Shown in pieces: positions 62,315-64,000 of a stretch of 64,000 nt of DNA. Position 1 is the first letter of the stretch. The number at the start of each line of letters is the position of its first letter. Made by a program: the position numbers and the translations under genes. The DNA comes from Candidatus Yonathbacteria bacterium (GTDB lineage Bacteria; Patescibacteriota; Minisyncoccia; Phycocordibacterales; JACNGX01), in contig JAAXWR010000001.1 of assembly GCA_013334825.1 (NCBI GenBank), forward strand, positions 75,769-139,768, given 5' to 3'. The notes under the pieces are model-generated. The model was given only the letters and a program-made list of their open reading frames with translations. It was not told the origin of the DNA and did not search any database.

Positions 62315-62902
62315 ATGATTTCCACCGACGACATTAAAGCGCTCCGTGAACGTACAGGTGTATCTGTTATGCAATGCAAGAAGGCACTTGAAGAAGCGGG
62401 AGGCGATGCAGAAAAGGCACTCGTCTTGCTTCATAAATTGAGTTCCGCAGCCGCTGCAAAGAAAGCAGACCGTACTCTTGGTGCAGGTGTTGTCTCTGCA
62501 TACCGACACAATTCTGGTACGGTTGGTGCAATGGTTGAGCTTTTGTGTGAAACTGATTTTGTCGCAAAAAATGAAGACTTTCAGACGCTCGCACATGATA
62601 TTGCTATGCATATTGCTGCGACTGACCCAGCATTTCTTTCTATGGATGACGTAACAGAAGAAGAACGTACTAAAGCGTATGAAGCGTTTAAAAAGGAGGT
62701 TGATGAATCAGATAAACCAGAAGATATTAAAACAAAGATGCTTGAAGGAAAAATCAATGGATATCTGAAAGAACGTGTTCTTCTCGAGCAGCCGTTTATT
62801 AAGGACCCATCTGTTACCATTGGTGGACTTGTGGAACAAGCTGTGCAGAAGTTTGGTGAAAAGACGGAGATTGGACGTTTTGCCCGATTTTCTGTCGCGT
62901 AG
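62315..62902 (+). CDS. tsf: Elongation factor Ts (short form)
   Basis: LRERTG...CKKAL, CETDFVAKN, LLEQPFIKDP. Confidence 0.97.
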   Translation: MISTDDIKALRERTGVSVMQCKKALEEAGGDAEKALVLLHKLSSAAAAKKADRTLGAGVVSAYRHNSGTVGAMVELLCETDFVAKNEDFQTLAHDIAMHIAATDPAFLSMDDVTEEERTKAYEAFKKEVDESDKPEDIKTKMLEGKINGYLKERVLLEQPFIKDPSVTIGGLVEQAVQKFGEKTEIGRFARFSVA

Positions 62903-62944
62903 TATCTGTTACTGTACATGTTTTGTACACAAGAACAATGTTTT

Positions 62945-63415
62945 ATGGATATCGCTCTCTTTGTCATGATAAGTTCCGCGTTTGGCATGTTTGCCATGCT
63001 TTCGTTTCGCGCATGGGAAATTTCACACGGTGTGGTGGTTCACAAGTATCCGCAGGCGATCTTGCATGTTTCTGACAGCATGAAAGTGTATACACTCCGT
63101 ATTCGGGACATGCTTCTCGATATATGGTTTGAGCGTCTTGCGCCACCACTTGCGCGTGTATGGATATATACCGTACGAACATGCAAATGGAGCGTGATAA
63201 AAAAGTTTCTTGTGGATATGTATCATTCCGTACGTGGAAGTCACGCACATCATGTGAATAAAGATGGAGAGACTTCAGCTTCGGATTTTTTGAACTCCAT
63301 GACCGAACATAAAAAGAAAAAAACGGGAATAAAACTGTCTACACCTGTACATAAAAAAAGGGAATTACATGCTGAAGAGATATCTTTAGAACAAGAGGTG
63401 AAAGAGGAGAGTTAA
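62945..63415 (+). CDS. Hypothetical membrane protein
   Basis: N-terminal TM, ORF between tsf and tRNA-Thr. Confidence 0.6.
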   Translation: MDIALFVMISSAFGMFAMLSFRAWEISHGVVVHKYPQAILHVSDSMKVYTLRIRDMLLDIWFERLAPPLARVWIYTVRTCKWSVIKKFLVDMYHSVRGSHAHHVNKDGETSASDFLNSMTEHKKKKTGIKLSTPVHKKRELHAEEISLEQEVKEES

Positions 63416-63421
63416 CCATAT

Positions 63422-63497
63422 GCCGATGTAGCTCAGTTGGTAGAGCAACGGTTTTGTAAACCGTCGGTCGTCGGTTCGAATCCGACCATCGGCTCCA
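63422..63497 (+). tRNA. tRNA-Thr(TGT) with encoded CCA
   Basis: GCCGATG/CATCGGC acceptor, ACGGT-TTTGTAA-ACCGT, GGTTCGAATCC. Confidence 0.96.
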
Positions 63498-63546
63498 TAA
63501 AAACAGCGCGCTTAGGCTTAAGCGCGCTGTTTTTATGGAGCCGTTA

Positions 63547-63999
63547 TTATTTCTTTGCTGATGTTTTTGTAGATACTCCTGCTTCGGTTGTCGATTCTTC
63601 AGATGGTTTTTTCAATGATTCAGGAAGAAGTGATTCCAGTGTTTCTTTTTCTTGAAATCCATACAGTGTCTTTTTGCCAATGACAACTGAGGGGAGGAGG
63701 TTTTCCGTTACATTATACATTGATGTAAATGTACTGACGGCAGAGAGTCCAATGTGATAATCAAACGCATATACACGAACTCCAGGATAATTTTCTCTCA
63801 GGTAGGTAAGTACGTAGCCCTCTTTCTCACAATCAGGACAATCACCCTCGTTTGAATAGAAATAGAGAATGGAGACAGGTTCATCACCGCACTCTTTTCC
63901 TATTTTCTTCATGAGAAGATAATCTTTGATTTGCATGAGGGAATAGTATTCCTTGAGACGCTCTACTTCCGTGTCATCCTTACCTCGTTGTTGTTCCAT
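63547..63999 (-). CDS. Thioredoxin-fold protein (5' end beyond window)
   Basis: YFYS...CPDC, LPSVVIG. Confidence 0.7.
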   Translation of the reverse strand: MEQQRGKDDTEVERLKEYYSLMQIKDYLLMKKIGKECGDEPVSILYFYSNEGDCPDCEKEGYVLTYLRENYPGVRVYAFDYHIGLSAVSTFTSMYNVTENLLPSVVIGKKTLYGFQEKETLESLLPESLKKPSEESTTEAGVSTKTSAKK

Positions 64000-64000
64000 G

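Overview
64-kb window from a Patescibacteria/CPR (Parcubacteria-like, genetic code 11) chromosome. It opens inside a stand-alone 16S rRNA gene that has two hairpin expansions and no canonical anti-Shine-Dalgarno tail; no 23S gene follows. Housekeeping genes include murD, murC, rsmI, recG, clpB, mscL, pfkB-family kinase, fba, rplY, rpmE, prfA, rpsB and tsf. There are six tRNAs: Ile-GAT, Ile-TAT, Ser-GCT, Tyr-GTA, Trp-CCA and Thr-TGT. Accessory cargo sits at tRNA 3' sides: a TPR-PIN protein, a matrixin pair, an RM + RloC-like defence island, and GIY-YIG/HNH nucleases. No integrase is visible. The most striking signal is at both tRNA-Ile loci. A small non-coding hairpin cassette (TGTTCC-ATATA-N5-loop-arm-[whole tRNA]-arm'-loop-N5'-TATA, with covarying stems) is inserted at an ATA core in the anticodon loop of the same tRNA it carries. 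This gives nested 'Russian-doll' arrays of tRNA halves, and one empty tRNA-less cassette lies in tandem. Other notable features: a mobile CC(T)ACGTGG palindrome family with a filled/empty site pair next to a small GIY-YIG gene, window-wide leaderless-type promoters matching the loss of the anti-SD, and two large paralogous surface proteins, one with nested domain insertions. All calls are by eye; no searches were run.
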